Position numbers and translations under genes: made by a program
Shown: positions 1 through 9,824 of the stretch, piece by piece
Position numbering within the stretch: position 1 is the stretch's first letter
Layout of the letters: every line of letters begins with the position of its first letter
Notes under the pieces: generated by a model
Databases searched by the model: none
What the model was told of the DNA's origin: nothing
What the model saw: the letters and a program-made list of their open reading frames with translations, nothing else
Source: an uncultured Chloroflexia bacterium
GTDB taxonomy: Bacteria; Chloroflexota; Anaerolineae; JAAYZQ01
Direction: 5' to 3'
Length of the DNA: 64,000 nt
Assembly: GCA_963700285.1 (NCBI GenBank)
Contig: CAVOXA010000009.1
Coordinates: 1 to 64,000 of the forward strand

Positions 1-1525
1 ATGAGCTGCGCGCCCAGCCCGTTCTGGATCGCGCCGGGCGAGCGCCCGGTCTGCTCGCGCAGGAAGGCGACCAGGGCCGCCTCGCCCTGGGCCCGCTGCG
101 CTTCCAGCTCCGGCAGGGGGATCTCCGGCTCCTTGTCCTTGGTGCCGGCCAGGCCCAGCACCGGCTCCTCGGCGCGCACGGCGATGTGGTCGAGCAGGCC
201 CTCGTAGACATGGCCGATCTGCTCGATGTCCAGGGCGCGGAAGCTGAGGCGGCGCGCCTCGGCCGGGCCGCCGCCGGGCACCTTGACCTGCAGCATCTGC
301 AGCGCTTCCAGCAGGTGCAGCACGGTGCGGTTGTTGATCGGCAGCGGGCTCGGCCGGCGTCGTCGCGCCAGTGGGTGCCCGGCGGCGCGCCCTTCCAGGA
401 AGGGGAAGCGGTCGGGGTCGAACAGGCTGCCGCCGTAGGCGGGCAGGCGCAGGTCCGGTCGTGCTGGATGCCGCCGTACACGGCCCGGAAGGTGGCCAGC
501 AGGCGGCACCAGGCATCGTAGCGGCGCTCCAGCACCTCCTCGCCCTGCTGGTCGGCCATCTCGCGCAGCTGGGCGCGCAGGGTGGAGACGGCGTAGTTCT
601 CGTCGTAGAGCGGGTCGCCCAGCAGGCAGCAGGCCGCGCTCCTCGGCGGAGAGCAGGAAGACCAGGCGCATCATCACCGTCAGGGCGGCTTCGTAGAGCG
701 CGGCCTCGTCGACGTCCGGCCAGCAGCGTCCGGCCGCGGTCCTGGTCGGCCCGGTCGATGGCCTGCACCAGGACCTCGACCGCCTGGCGCACCTGGTAGC
801 CCAGCTGGTCGGTGACCTCCTGCTGGTCCTCGGCGCTGGCCGCCAGCAGCGCCTCCAGCGTCTGGTCGTCGGGCACGCCGAAGAAGCGCTGGACGCCCAG
901 CAGGCTGCGGAAGGCGCGCAGGGTGAGCGGCTCCTCCAGCCACAGGTCGGCGTACCAGGAGATGAAGCCGGTGGTCTCGCCGCGCGGGGCATCGACCAGC
1001 ATCCACTGCTCGCCGTTGGTCACCAGCCCCAGCGCGCACGTCCGGTGGCGTGCAGCAGCTCCATCATGCGCGTGGCCGGGCTGGCCTTCCAGCGGCGGTC
1101 CGGCAGGGGCTTCTCCAGGTCCTGGCCGGGCGGGTAGATCTGGATCAGCAGGCGCGGGCGTCCCGCTCGTCCGGGATCTGACGCAGCGATCGAAATCGGG
1201 GCGCAGCGTCTCGCCGTGCTCGGGGAAGGTCGGCCTTGAGCCCGTCGGGGATGGCCTGCCCCTCGGCCAGCGACCTCGTCGGGCAGCTCCAGCGCGTGTT
1301 CGCAGCACGTAGCGCACCCAGGCGGTGTGGATGGCCGGGTCGGGCTGCAGGCCGCCCTGGTTGTCGGCCCATTCCTCGTAGGCGGCGCGCAGCTCGCCGG
1401 CCTGCTCGGGGTCGTCGGCGTCCAGCCCCTGCGGGAAGACGTCCAGCAGCACCGGCATGCGACAGGAACGGGCCGGAGATTTCGAGCAGGGAGAGCCATT
1501 CGGCGTGGTGGCGGGCGATGGACAG
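1..1525 (-). CDS. drmMI: DISARM class I N6-adenine DNA methyltransferase DrmMI-like, N-terminal part; runs off window; several indels
   Basis: Manual minus-strand translation across frames: SIARHHAEWLSLLEISGPFLS...VFPQGLDAD...WKASPATRMMELL...LVTNGEQWMLVDAPRGETTGFISWYADLWLEEPLTLRAFRSLL. Lies downstream of drmD. Start codon reads CTG, possibly a miscall. Catalytic motifs lie outside the window. Confidence 0.72.
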
Positions 1526-1539
1526 GACTCAGATCCTGG

Positions 1540-1617
1540 CTCACGCAGACCTGCCAAGACGCAAACGAGATCAAAAGTCCGGGTCCTCTTTGCGTTCTTC
1601 GCGGCTTTGCGTCAGAG
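1540..1617. repeat. Degenerate REP-like imperfect palindrome downstream of the GxxExxY gene
   Basis: cacgcagacctgccaagacgcaaa...ctttgcgttcttcgcggctttgcgt; same family as 2111-2355. Confidence 0.6.
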
Positions 1618-1638
1618 ACTTTTCGCTGCATTCTGCGA

Positions 1639-2055
1639 TCAGGCTCCGTTGACGATGCGAGTGATGCCTTCCTTGAGTTAGTGCGGCGCTCCGAAGTTGA
1701 TGTATAGCAACCCCAGGCGCATGTCGGCCCGGCGCAGATAGGCGAGCAACTGCTTCTTATGCACAGGCGTGAACCTGCTCGACGGACTTGAGTTCAGACG
1801 ATAACTTTGTCCTCGACGAATCAGGTCAGCGCGAAAGGCGACATCAGATGCTGACGGATTCGTAAGTGACCGGGATTCGGGCAGTTAGCGAAGCAATTCC
1901 CAGCCGCGGAGAGCCGTCGTTCGCAGAAGCTCGCTCCAGAACGATGCCAGGACGTAAGACGGACTCCAGCAGTAGCAACTCGGATGACAGCAGCCAGCTT
2001 ATGGGATGTGACACGCGGCGTCAACGACTTTGCCTGGCAATCTCATTCTCTGTCG
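1639..2055 (-). CDS. GxxExxY protein (PD-(D/E)XK nuclease family), heavily frameshifted (errors or pseudogene)
   Basis: Stitched frames: TENEIARQ.VDAA.HI...LLESV...FRADLI-VEDKVIV-ELKSVEQV-PVHKKQLLAYLRRADMRLGLL-INFGA..KEGITRIVNGA*; not recovered by the ORF track. Confidence 0.8.
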
Positions 2056-2110
2056 ATCTTGACCTCAATGAGGCAGTACGATCGCAGCGACGAAGGTAGA
2101 AGGCGAGAGA

Positions 2111-2355
2111 TGCCTTTGCGTGCTTTGCGGCTTGCGCGTGAGCCTCTGTGCCATTCTGCTTCGATTTCCCTGTTCTCTCGCCAAGACGCCAAGTCGCAAA
2201 GAGTAGGAACCGAGAATGCCTTTGCGTGCTTTGCGGCTTGGCGTGAGCCTCTATGCCATTTGCTTCGATTTCCCTGTTCTGCAAAGACGCCAAGTCGCAA
2301 AGAGTAGAAACCGAGAATGCCTTTGCGTGCTTTGCGGCTTGGCGTGAAGCCTCTA
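2111..2355. repeat. Tandem array of ~2.4 copies of a ~101-106 bp unit carrying imperfect palindromes
   Basis: Units start at 2111, 2217 and 2318 (tgcctttgcgtgctttgcggctt...); arms cgccaagacgccaagtcgcaaag / ctttgcgtgctttgcggcttggcg. Confidence 0.9.
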
Positions 2356-5300
2356 CCTGAGTCAAGCCGCTCCGGTACCAGGAACGTCACCGCCACCGGG
2401 AACAGGCGCGGCTGCGGGTCGGCAAAGCGGTCGCGGATGGCCTCTTTCTCAGCGTCGATCTCACCCGGAATCTGGTCCAGGCGCCGGCGCAAGGCCTCCG
2501 TGTTGCGGGTGAGCTGGCCGCGCTCCTCGGAGGTCCACAGCTCCAACTGCCGGTACTCCGGCTCGTCCAGCTCCCGCTCGATGGCCGCGGCCAGTTCGTT
2601 CAGCACCGCCTCGATGTCCCCCATCTCTTTGCTCGCCCGCTCCTCGAGCAGCCGCTCAAGGCCCGCCGTGCGGTCGCTCATCCGGGCCTCCAGCGCCGGC
2701 TCCAGGGAGGCCGCAGCGAGGGCCACAGCGCCTGCAAGCCGCTGTCCGGTCTCTGCAGAACCGGGGTGCTCTCAGCGGCCTGCAGGGCATCCTTCACCTG
2801 GCCCACGTTCATGCGGCGGAAGCGGCCCTGGCGGATGGTGCCTCCCGCCGGCGATGATCTCCTCGTGCAGGCGGTGGCTGTCGCCGCCGATGACCACCAG
2901 GCGGGCGTGGGCGATCACGGCCGGGGTGTCCAGGACGTGGTTGGGCACCCGCCGCGCCGTCACCCGGTGCAGGCCCTTGCTGCCCCTCGGGCGCCCAGAC
3001 CTCGGCGCGCAGCAGGCGCAGGGACATCTGCACCAGGCGGTGGTTGAGGTGGGCCAGCACCACGTCGTCGCGCCCCTTGGCCAGCTCGTGGTCAAAGACG
3101 ATCGGGCGGATCTCGCCGGTGTGCGGATGGGCCAGCCCTTCGGCGCAGGCCGCCCAGCTGCCCCGTCAGCGGCGGCAGGTGGAAAGGCGCTGCCGCGCTG
3201 ACGGATTCCGTCCACCTGCCGGTCGACTGGCCGCAGAGGCGGCTGCCCGGCCAGCTCCAGGGCGATCTCGACCACCGCCTGGATGTTCTCCGGCGTCAGG
3301 TGCAGCGTCTGGCGCGTCTCCTGCAGCTGCTCGTAGTGCCGCTCGATCTGCTGCGCAGGTCGCGCTCGAACTGGAGCATCCTGCGCACGGCGCCGGCCTC
3401 CGCCTCGGCCAGTGGCCGTGTCCAGCCGGGTGCGCTTGCCCAGCATCGCCTCCTCGACCTGCTGCGGCGATGACCGGCCCGACCTTGCCCAGGTCCTCGC
3501 GGATCTGCTCCACCTTTTCGGCCGCGCGCATCAGGAATTCCAGGTCGGCCTCCAGGTCGCTGGGCGGCACGGCGTCGCGGCTCGAGCCGCCTCTGCTGGT
3601 AGCCCCTGGCCGACAAAGTGGTAGATCAGCGGGATCGTGCCGCTGGCCGTGGCGGTCGATGCGGCCGTTGCGCTGCTCCAGGCGGTTGGGGTTCCAGGGG
3701 ATCTCGAAGTGGACCAGGCGGTGGCAGTGGTTCTGCAGGTCGATGCCTTCGGAGGCGGCGTCGGTGGCCAGCAGGATGCGCACCGGGCTCTGCTCGGGGC
3801 TGGCCTGGAAGGCGGCCTTGATGCGCTCGCGCTCGTCGCTGTCCATGCCGCCGTAGAGCGTCAGCAGCCGCTCGCCGGTGGCCAGCCCCTCGGCGACCAG
3901 GATCTCGTGCAGCCAGTTCTGCGTGGCGCGGTACTCGGTGAAGATGATGACCCGCTCGTCGGACCACTCGCCGTCCGGCTTGACGATGCTCGCGCAGCCA
4001 GTCGATCAGCGCCTCGGTCTTGCAGTCGCGCTGGGCCGCGGCCTTGTCGGCCCAGGCGCTGCATCTGGTCCAGCAGCCAGCGCTCTCGCGGGCGTCGAGC
4101 TCGCTGAAGAGCCGGCGTGGCCGTGTCCACCGCCCCGCCGGTCGCCTCCTCGTACTCCTCGTCGTCGGCGTACTCCTCGTCGATCTGGGCGATCTGCGCG
4201 GCGCAGGATGCCCATCGTCGGGCTCGGCTGCGCCGCTTTGCCTCCTGCGTGCCGCCGGCTAGCGTCTCCGATGTGCTGGTCCAGCGTGGCGGCAAAGGCC
4301 GCCGGCGAGGAGAAGAGCCGCTTCTTGAGCAGCTTGAGGACGAACTCGGTGGCGAACGCGTTCCGTCGTCGTCCGCGTGCGTCTGCTCCTGGCGCAGGCG
4401 CGTGTACTCGTTGCAGCCAGGCGTGGACCTGCTTCTCCTCGTCGGTGTAGTCGACCTCGATGGCGTCCAGCTGGCGCTGGGGGAACCGGGGCTTGCCGTC
4501 CCAGTCCACCAGCTCCGACTTGAGCCGGCGCACCATCACCGCCTCCAGCTGGCGCGCGGTCGGGCAGCACGCCGCGGGCAAAGCGCTGGTTGTCGAGCAG
4601 CTCCAGCAGGGCGGTGAAGCTCTCCTGGTAGCCGTTGTGCGGCGTGGCGGTCAGGAAGAGCTTGTGCTCGAAGTGCGGCGCGATGGTGCGGATGGCCTGG
4701 GTGCGCAGCGAGTCGATGGCGTAGCGGCCGCGTGCCGGACGGGCGCGACGTTGTGGGCCTCGTCGACGATCAGGATGTCGAAGCGCGCGGGGATAGGTGG
4801 ACTCGCCTCGGCGGGCAGGACCTCGCGGAAGAGGCGCATGGGCCGCTCGCGCTTGAGGAAGTCGATGGAGGTGATCAGCCGGGGAAAGTGCGTCCAGGGG
4901 TTGACGTGGATGCCCCGGCGTGCGGCGCAGCTGCCTCATCAGCTCGCTGTCGACGATGCGGAACTCCAGGCCGAACTTGTCGCGCATCTGGTCCCGCCAC
5001 TGGATCTGCAGGCCGGCCGGGCAGACGACCAGCACGCGTGCGCGCCCGGTGGCGCACGATCAGCTCCTGGACGACCAGGCCGGCCTCGATGGTCTTGCCC
5101 AGGCCCACGTCGTCGGCGATCAGCAGGTTGACCCGCGGCATCTGCACGGCCCGCACCAGCGGGATCGAGCTGGTAGTCCTCGATCTCGATGCCGCTGCGA
5201 AAGGGCGCCTGCAGGGCGCGCACGTCGGCCGAGGCGATCGCGCCCCAGCGCACGGCGTCGAGAAAGGCATCCAGCCGCTCGGGCGGGTCGAAGCCGGTCG

Positions 5301-5548
5301 GCTCAGGCAGCTCGACCTTCTCGCTGACCTGGGCGCCCGGCTCCAGCTCCCAGATGACCTGCAGGCTCTCGCCCAGCGCGTCATCCTCGATGGAGGTGAG
5401 GGTGACCAGGTGCTGGGGGCCGTCTCGGCTGGCCAGAGGGGAGGGAGGCAGCGTGCTGGGCAGGACGTCGGTGACGACGTAGCGCCGCTGCCGCACGCGT
5501 GACGATCTGGCCTTGTTCAGGGACGCTGGCTAGCTTGGTATCTGGCAT
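2352..5548 (-). CDS. drmD: DISARM SNF2-like helicase DrmD, many indels; 3' end approximate
   Basis: PEQGQIVT.RQRRYVV...SIEDDALGESLQVIWELEPG...LDAFLDAVRWGA...LLIADDVGLGKTIEAG, DEAH, LTATPHNG, IIFTEYRATQ, ATDAASEGIDLQ, PWNPNRLEQRNGRIDRHGQ, C-terminal PRLFPVAVTFLVP. Confidence 0.88.
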
Positions 5549-5776
5549 TTCACCAACCAATTGGCGCAGGGGCTAGCAGAGGTGACCATTCCGCACCCGT
5601 GAGTGGGCACTGCCCGCGGAGTTTTGGGAGATCCCAGGCTATGTAATTCGGTGGCAACTGACCCGTCATTGGTGGTAACTCCACTGTACTGCCATGGTCG
5701 TCAGGAGAAGAGGATTGGCTGTTCTGAAAGACTACTGCACCAGGGATGTTCTCTGCCTGGGTGCTGACTGTCCTGT

Positions 5777-5805
5777 ATTATAGCCGGACTTGGGTCAAGG
5801 AGCAA
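5777..5805 (-). promoter_or_regulatory. Putative sigma70 promoter for the DISARM operon
   Basis: Minus strand TTGCTC-17 bp-TATAAT about 230 bp upstream of drmD. Confidence 0.5.
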
Positions 5806-6395
5806 GTTGGCCTGATCACCTCTTGTTCGCCGGTCCCGGAGATCCCGGATCCTGGGCCCCAAGGCGCGATCTCTGGTTGTCCACCCCAGTAGCACCCCAT
5901 AGGCTTGCTGTCTACTGGGAACACCGCAAGCGCCCATAGAAAGATACGGTTCACTCTGCCCCGACTCCCTCTGGTTGGAGTCCTTCCTGCCCTAACGTTT
6001 GGCTCCTCTGTCGTAGATCTACTATCCATCTCGCTGCAGTCGAATACCGGTGCCCGCTCCGCAGATTTGTTTAAGCCTGCCGATTCGATGTCATATCGGC
6101 CCCAGACCCGCGCATACCTACCTGTGCCGAGCTTGGGCGAATCACCTTGCTGCCAGCAACGGCACGCCGGGGGCACACACCGGGACAGTGATACAGTGAG
6201 ACAGTGGGCCGCTCGTCCATGCTGGTGCGTGCTTTTGCCTGGTCTGCCGATTGGCCGCTCTACATCTTGCCTCTTGCCAACCAGCTACTCGCCCGCCGGG
6301 CCACCCCTGGATTTCGGAACCCGTGGTACTCGTCGGGAGGATCAAGCGGCCATCCTGAGCGCAGCGACAGGAAAGCGATCTCCGGCTGTAGGGGT

Positions 6396-6441
6396 GAGAT
6401 TGCTTCGCTTCGGCAGAAGCGCCTTCGCTCGCAATGACGGG
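6396..6441. repeat. REP-like palindromic element
   Basis: gagattgcttcgcttcggcagaagcgccttcgctcgcaatgacgg; resembles intergenic repeats often seen beside GIY-YIG nuclease genes. Confidence 0.5.
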
Positions 6442-6479
6442 TTTAGATGCGATTGCCCCGCACCCTGCGGCCAATTTTC

Positions 6480-6508
6480 TTGACGGATCATCAGAGCTGT
6501 GCTATAAT
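6480..6508 (+). promoter_or_regulatory. sigma70 promoter
   Basis: TTGACG-17 bp-TATAAT with extended -10 TG. Confidence 0.65.
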
Positions 6509-6641
6509 GGAGCCCGGTACCTGTATCACCTATACGGCCACAGCGACCAGCCTCCACTTCACCAGGTCCTCAATCCAGCTTCCACCGTCTGTCGTCCTCC
6601 GTGCATCGTCGTCCCTGACGACGGCAAAAAGGAGCAGCAAA

Positions 6642-7658
6642 GTGAGAAAGAACAAGGGGCGCACAATCCTGGCCAGCCTGGCCGTATTCCTGCTGCTGGC
6701 TCCCGTGCTGGCCGCGGGCCCGCTGGAGCAGCCGGAGGCCGTGGCCGCCACCTACTTTGACAGCGGCTGGATCCCCCAGGCCCAGGCGACCTGTCAGGTC
6801 ATCAATCACAACCTGGGCGGCAATCCGGACGACTATGCGGTCGAGGTCCTGTTCCTGGACGAAGCCATTGGTGGGTTGGGCATCCACCGTCGTGGCTATG
6901 GCGGGCTGGACAACGCCGGAAGCCAGGAGGGCGCCCACTGGCAGCGGCTGACAACCAACAGCATCGAGGTCTGCCGCGCTGCCAACGATCCCTTCGTGGA
7001 CAAGGTCCGCGTCCGCGTCTGGGTCCCGGCTGCCACCGGGGCGCAGTATGACAGCAGCTGGATTCCCATCAACCTGGGGCAGGAACTGACCATCCCCCAC
7101 AACCTGGGCGTAACCAACACGAACCTGACCGTGGGATTGTGGTTCCGGGATCTGGGAGTGGGCAATATCGGCATCCATCACCTGGGCTATGGGGGTCTGG
7201 ATGTCACTCCGCTTAATCCGCGCGGCGCCCACTGGTTCGAGCTGACGGACAACACGGTCAAGGTCAAGCGCCATGCCGCTGACCTTTTCATCGACGAGGT
7301 GCGCGTCATCGTCGTCGAGGCGGATGCGCCCGACTATGACAGCTTGGTGGCCCTGGGTGGCTGGCAGGCGGTGGCGCCCGGTTCGGCCTTCACCTTTAAC
7401 CACGGCCTGAGCTGGAGCCCCGATATGCTCCTGGTGCGGGGCGAGTGCCGGTTCCCGGCGCTGGGCATCCACCAGCTTTATGCCGGCGGCAACCGGAATG
7501 CGATCACGTTCTGGCACGGAGCGGCCATGCAGCAGCTCCGGCCCAATAGCGTGCGGTTCGCGCGCATGCTGAACGATGGGGTCTGCCCCGAGGTCCGGGT
7601 CCGCATCTGGCGCCGTTCGGCATCCATTTTCTTGCCTGCGGTTCAGCGGAACCAGTAG
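6642..7658 (+). CDS. Secreted protein with three ~95-aa repeats and a C-terminal IFLPAVQRNQ tail
   Basis: GTG start after GGAG; signal peptide MRKNKGRTILASLAVFLLLAPVLA; repeats [YF]DS.W...H[NG]L...GIH...GG...G..[WM]..L..N......D.....VRV. Confidence 0.8.
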   Translation: MRKNKGRTILASLAVFLLLAPVLAAGPLEQPEAVAATYFDSGWIPQAQATCQVINHNLGGNPDDYAVEVLFLDEAIGGLGIHRRGYGGLDNAGSQEGAHWQRLTTNSIEVCRAANDPFVDKVRVRVWVPAATGAQYDSSWIPINLGQELTIPHNLGVTNTNLTVGLWFRDLGVGNIGIHHLGYGGLDVTPLNPRGAHWFELTDNTVKVKRHAADLFIDEVRVIVVEADAPDYDSLVALGGWQAVAPGSAFTFNHGLSWSPDMLLVRGECRFPALGIHQLYAGGNRNAITFWHGAAMQQLRPNSVRFARMLNDGVCPEVRVRIWRRSASIFLPAVQRNQ

Positions 7659-7667
7659 CCGCGGCTA

Positions 7668-7717
7668 CACAGAGAAAGACAGGGCAACCCTCGAGGGTTG
7701 CCCTGTCTTTCTCTGTG
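7668..7717. repeat. Perfect 50-bp palindrome (terminator or REP)
   Basis: cacagagaaagacagggcaaccctc|gagggttgccctgtctttctctgtg, directly after the stop codon at 7658. Confidence 0.9.
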
Positions 7718-7804
7718 GCTGTGGTGAAACCAGGAAATACACCAAAACGCGGCGGATTGACTTCTCTCCCCCCTGGGCTATAATGGTCCGCGATCCGGCG
7801 TCCC

Positions 7805-8795
7805 ATGCCACAGGCCAACGAAACGGAGGCAAGCCAACTGAATCCCGCCCGTGTCCAGGTCTCCATCGGCACCGCCGCCGTGCTCGGACTGACCGATATC
7901 CCCATGGCCGTCGCGCCGACCACCGCCTACCTGATGCTGGGCGGCCGCTGCCTGATGAACTGCGCCTTTTGCGCTCAGGCCCGCGAGAGTGAGGTCCAGC
8001 GCCCTGAACCTCTCGCGCGTCACCTGGCCCGAGTATGACCTGGATGCCGTGGTGGAGCGGCTTGCCGCCGCCGCGGCCCGGGGCGAGTTCCGCCGTGCCT
8101 GCCTGCAGGTCACGGTCACGCCCGATGCCTTTGCCCAGTCGCTGGCCGTCCTGCGTGCCGTCAAGGCCGCGAACGGCTTGCCTTTTGACGTGGCCATCCT
8201 GCCTGAGGACTTGGACCAGGTGCGCAGCCTCGTGGAGGCCGGCGCGGATCACATCGGCTTTGGCCTGGACGCCGCCTGCCAGCGCGTTTTCCGCCAGGTC
8301 AAGGGCGGCAATTGGGCGCGTAGCCTGGCCCTCATCGAGGGAACCGCCCGCGCTTTCCCCGGCCGCGCCGCTGTGCACCTCATCGTCGGCCTGGGTGAGA
8401 CCGAGCGCGAGCTGGTGGAGCGCGTGCAGTGGGCCCACGACCAGGGCGTGACCGTTGGTCTTTTTGCCTTTACGCCGGTACACGGCGCGCAGCTTGCCGG
8501 CCGGCCGCCGCCGCCCATGGCCGTCTACCGTCGTATGCAGGCTGCCCGCTGGCTCATTGTCCACGACCGGGTCCGCATCGAGGACATGGGCTTTGATGCA
8601 GGGGGAGCGCTGGTTTGTTTGGGCGCGCCGCCGCCGGCCAGGGGCGAAGCCTTCCAGACCTCGGGCTGCCCCGACTGCAACCGGCCCTTTTACAACGAGC
8701 AGCCCGGCGGTCCATTGTACAACTATCCACGCCCGCTGGCGGCCGACGAGGCCGCGCGGGCAATCCAGGAGATGGAGATCGAGAACTCATGTTGA
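7805..8795 (+). CDS. lipS2: Radical SAM protein, LipS2-type lipoyl synthase subunit; frameshift near 7990
   Basis: CLMNCAFC radical SAM motif; C-terminal TSGCPDCNRP matches the TXGCPXC(N/D)RP signature of LipS2; promoter TTGACT-16-TATAAT at 7757-7784. Confidence 0.75.
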
Positions 8796-9634
8796 AGGAA
8801 AGCAAGGTTGCCTTTATCGGCAGCGGCTCCATGGGCGAGGCCATGATCCGGGGCCTGCTTCGCCAGGGCATGGTCGCTTCCGAACAGATTGTGGCCAGTG
8901 GTCCCCGGGCCGAAAGGGGACAGGTGCTTTTTGACCGCTATGCCGTCCGCGTAACCACCGACAACGTGGAGGCCGCCTCCGGCGCGGATGTGGTCGTCCT
9001 CTCGGTCAAGCCCCAGGTCCTGTGCCATGTGCTGGAGGAGCTGGCCGGGCAAGTAGATCGGGATGCGCTGGTGCTGTCCATCGTCGCCGGGGCACGGATG
9101 GATACCATAACCAGGATGCTGGATGCGCCGGCCGTGGTGCGCGTCATGCCCAATACGCCGGCCCAGATCGGCATGGGCATTTCGGTCTGGACTGCCACCA
9201 AAGCCACCACCGAGAGCCAGCGGGGCCAGGCGCTGACCCTCCTGCAGGCCCTGGGCGAAGAGGTCTATGTCGACGACGAGGACTATTTGGACATGGCCAC
9301 CGCCCTCAGCGGCACCGGCCCGGCCTATGTCTTTTTGCTGATGGAGGCCATGGTCGATGCCGGTGTGCACCTGGGCTTTTCGCGCCACATTTCGGAGCGG
9401 CTGGTGATCGAGACGATGCGGGGCAGCGTCGAGTATGCCCGCAAGTCGGCCAGGCACCTGGCCACGTTGCGCAACCAGGTCACGTCGCCCGGCGGCACCT
9501 CGGCCGAGGCCCTCTATCAACTAGAAAAGGGTGGGCTGCGAACCGTTCTGTCGCGGGCCATCTGGGCCGCCTACCAGCGTTCCCGCGTCCTGGGCAACCA
9601 GGCCCAGCAGGGGGACAAGGATTCGCCCTGCTAG
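8789..9634 (+). CDS. proC: Pyrroline-5-carboxylate reductase
   Basis: FIGSGSMG, LSVKPQ, RVMPNTP, ALSGTGPAY, VTSPGGT. Confidence 0.95.
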   Translation: MLKESKVAFIGSGSMGEAMIRGLLRQGMVASEQIVASGPRAERGQVLFDRYAVRVTTDNVEAASGADVVVLSVKPQVLCHVLEELAGQVDRDALVLSIVAGARMDTITRMLDAPAVVRVMPNTPAQIGMGISVWTATKATTESQRGQALTLLQALGEEVYVDDEDYLDMATALSGTGPAYVFLLMEAMVDAGVHLGFSRHISERLVIETMRGSVEYARKSARHLATLRNQVTSPGGTSAEALYQLEKGGLRTVLSRAIWAAYQRSRVLGNQAQQGDKDSPC

Positions 9635-9645
9635 AGGCTGAGATT

Positions 9646-9737
9646 CACCGCAGAGACGCGGAGGACGCAGAGTTTCTTATGGTCTGTCTCTGACATCTTG
9701 GGTTGGGTTTCTCTGCGTTCTCTGTGCCTCCGCGGTT
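9646..9737. repeat. REP-like imperfect palindrome
   Basis: caccgcagagacgcggaggacgcagag...ctctgcgttctctgtgcctccgcggt; related copy at 41028-41096. Confidence 0.75.
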
Positions 9738-9824
9738 CACGTCTTGCCGCGAGTGAACGTTTGACCGGCAAGCTACGTTCTATCGTTGTACGATACCTGT
9801 GTCTGCTTCAATGGAGAAACAAAC

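Noticed and set aside
2043-2352. Repeat-encoded C-terminal extension of DrmD in the ORF track
   Set aside because: The extension is just translation of the palindromic array in an indel-rich region; the true stop is probably near 2352.
2111-2355. Possible CRISPR array
   Set aside because: Whole ~100-bp units repeat, including the would-be spacers; no unique spacers and no cas genes.
5701-6483. ORFs of 78-192 aa between drmD and the secreted protein
   Set aside because: No motifs or clear RBS, and they overlap promoter and repeat DNA; probably non-coding or decayed.
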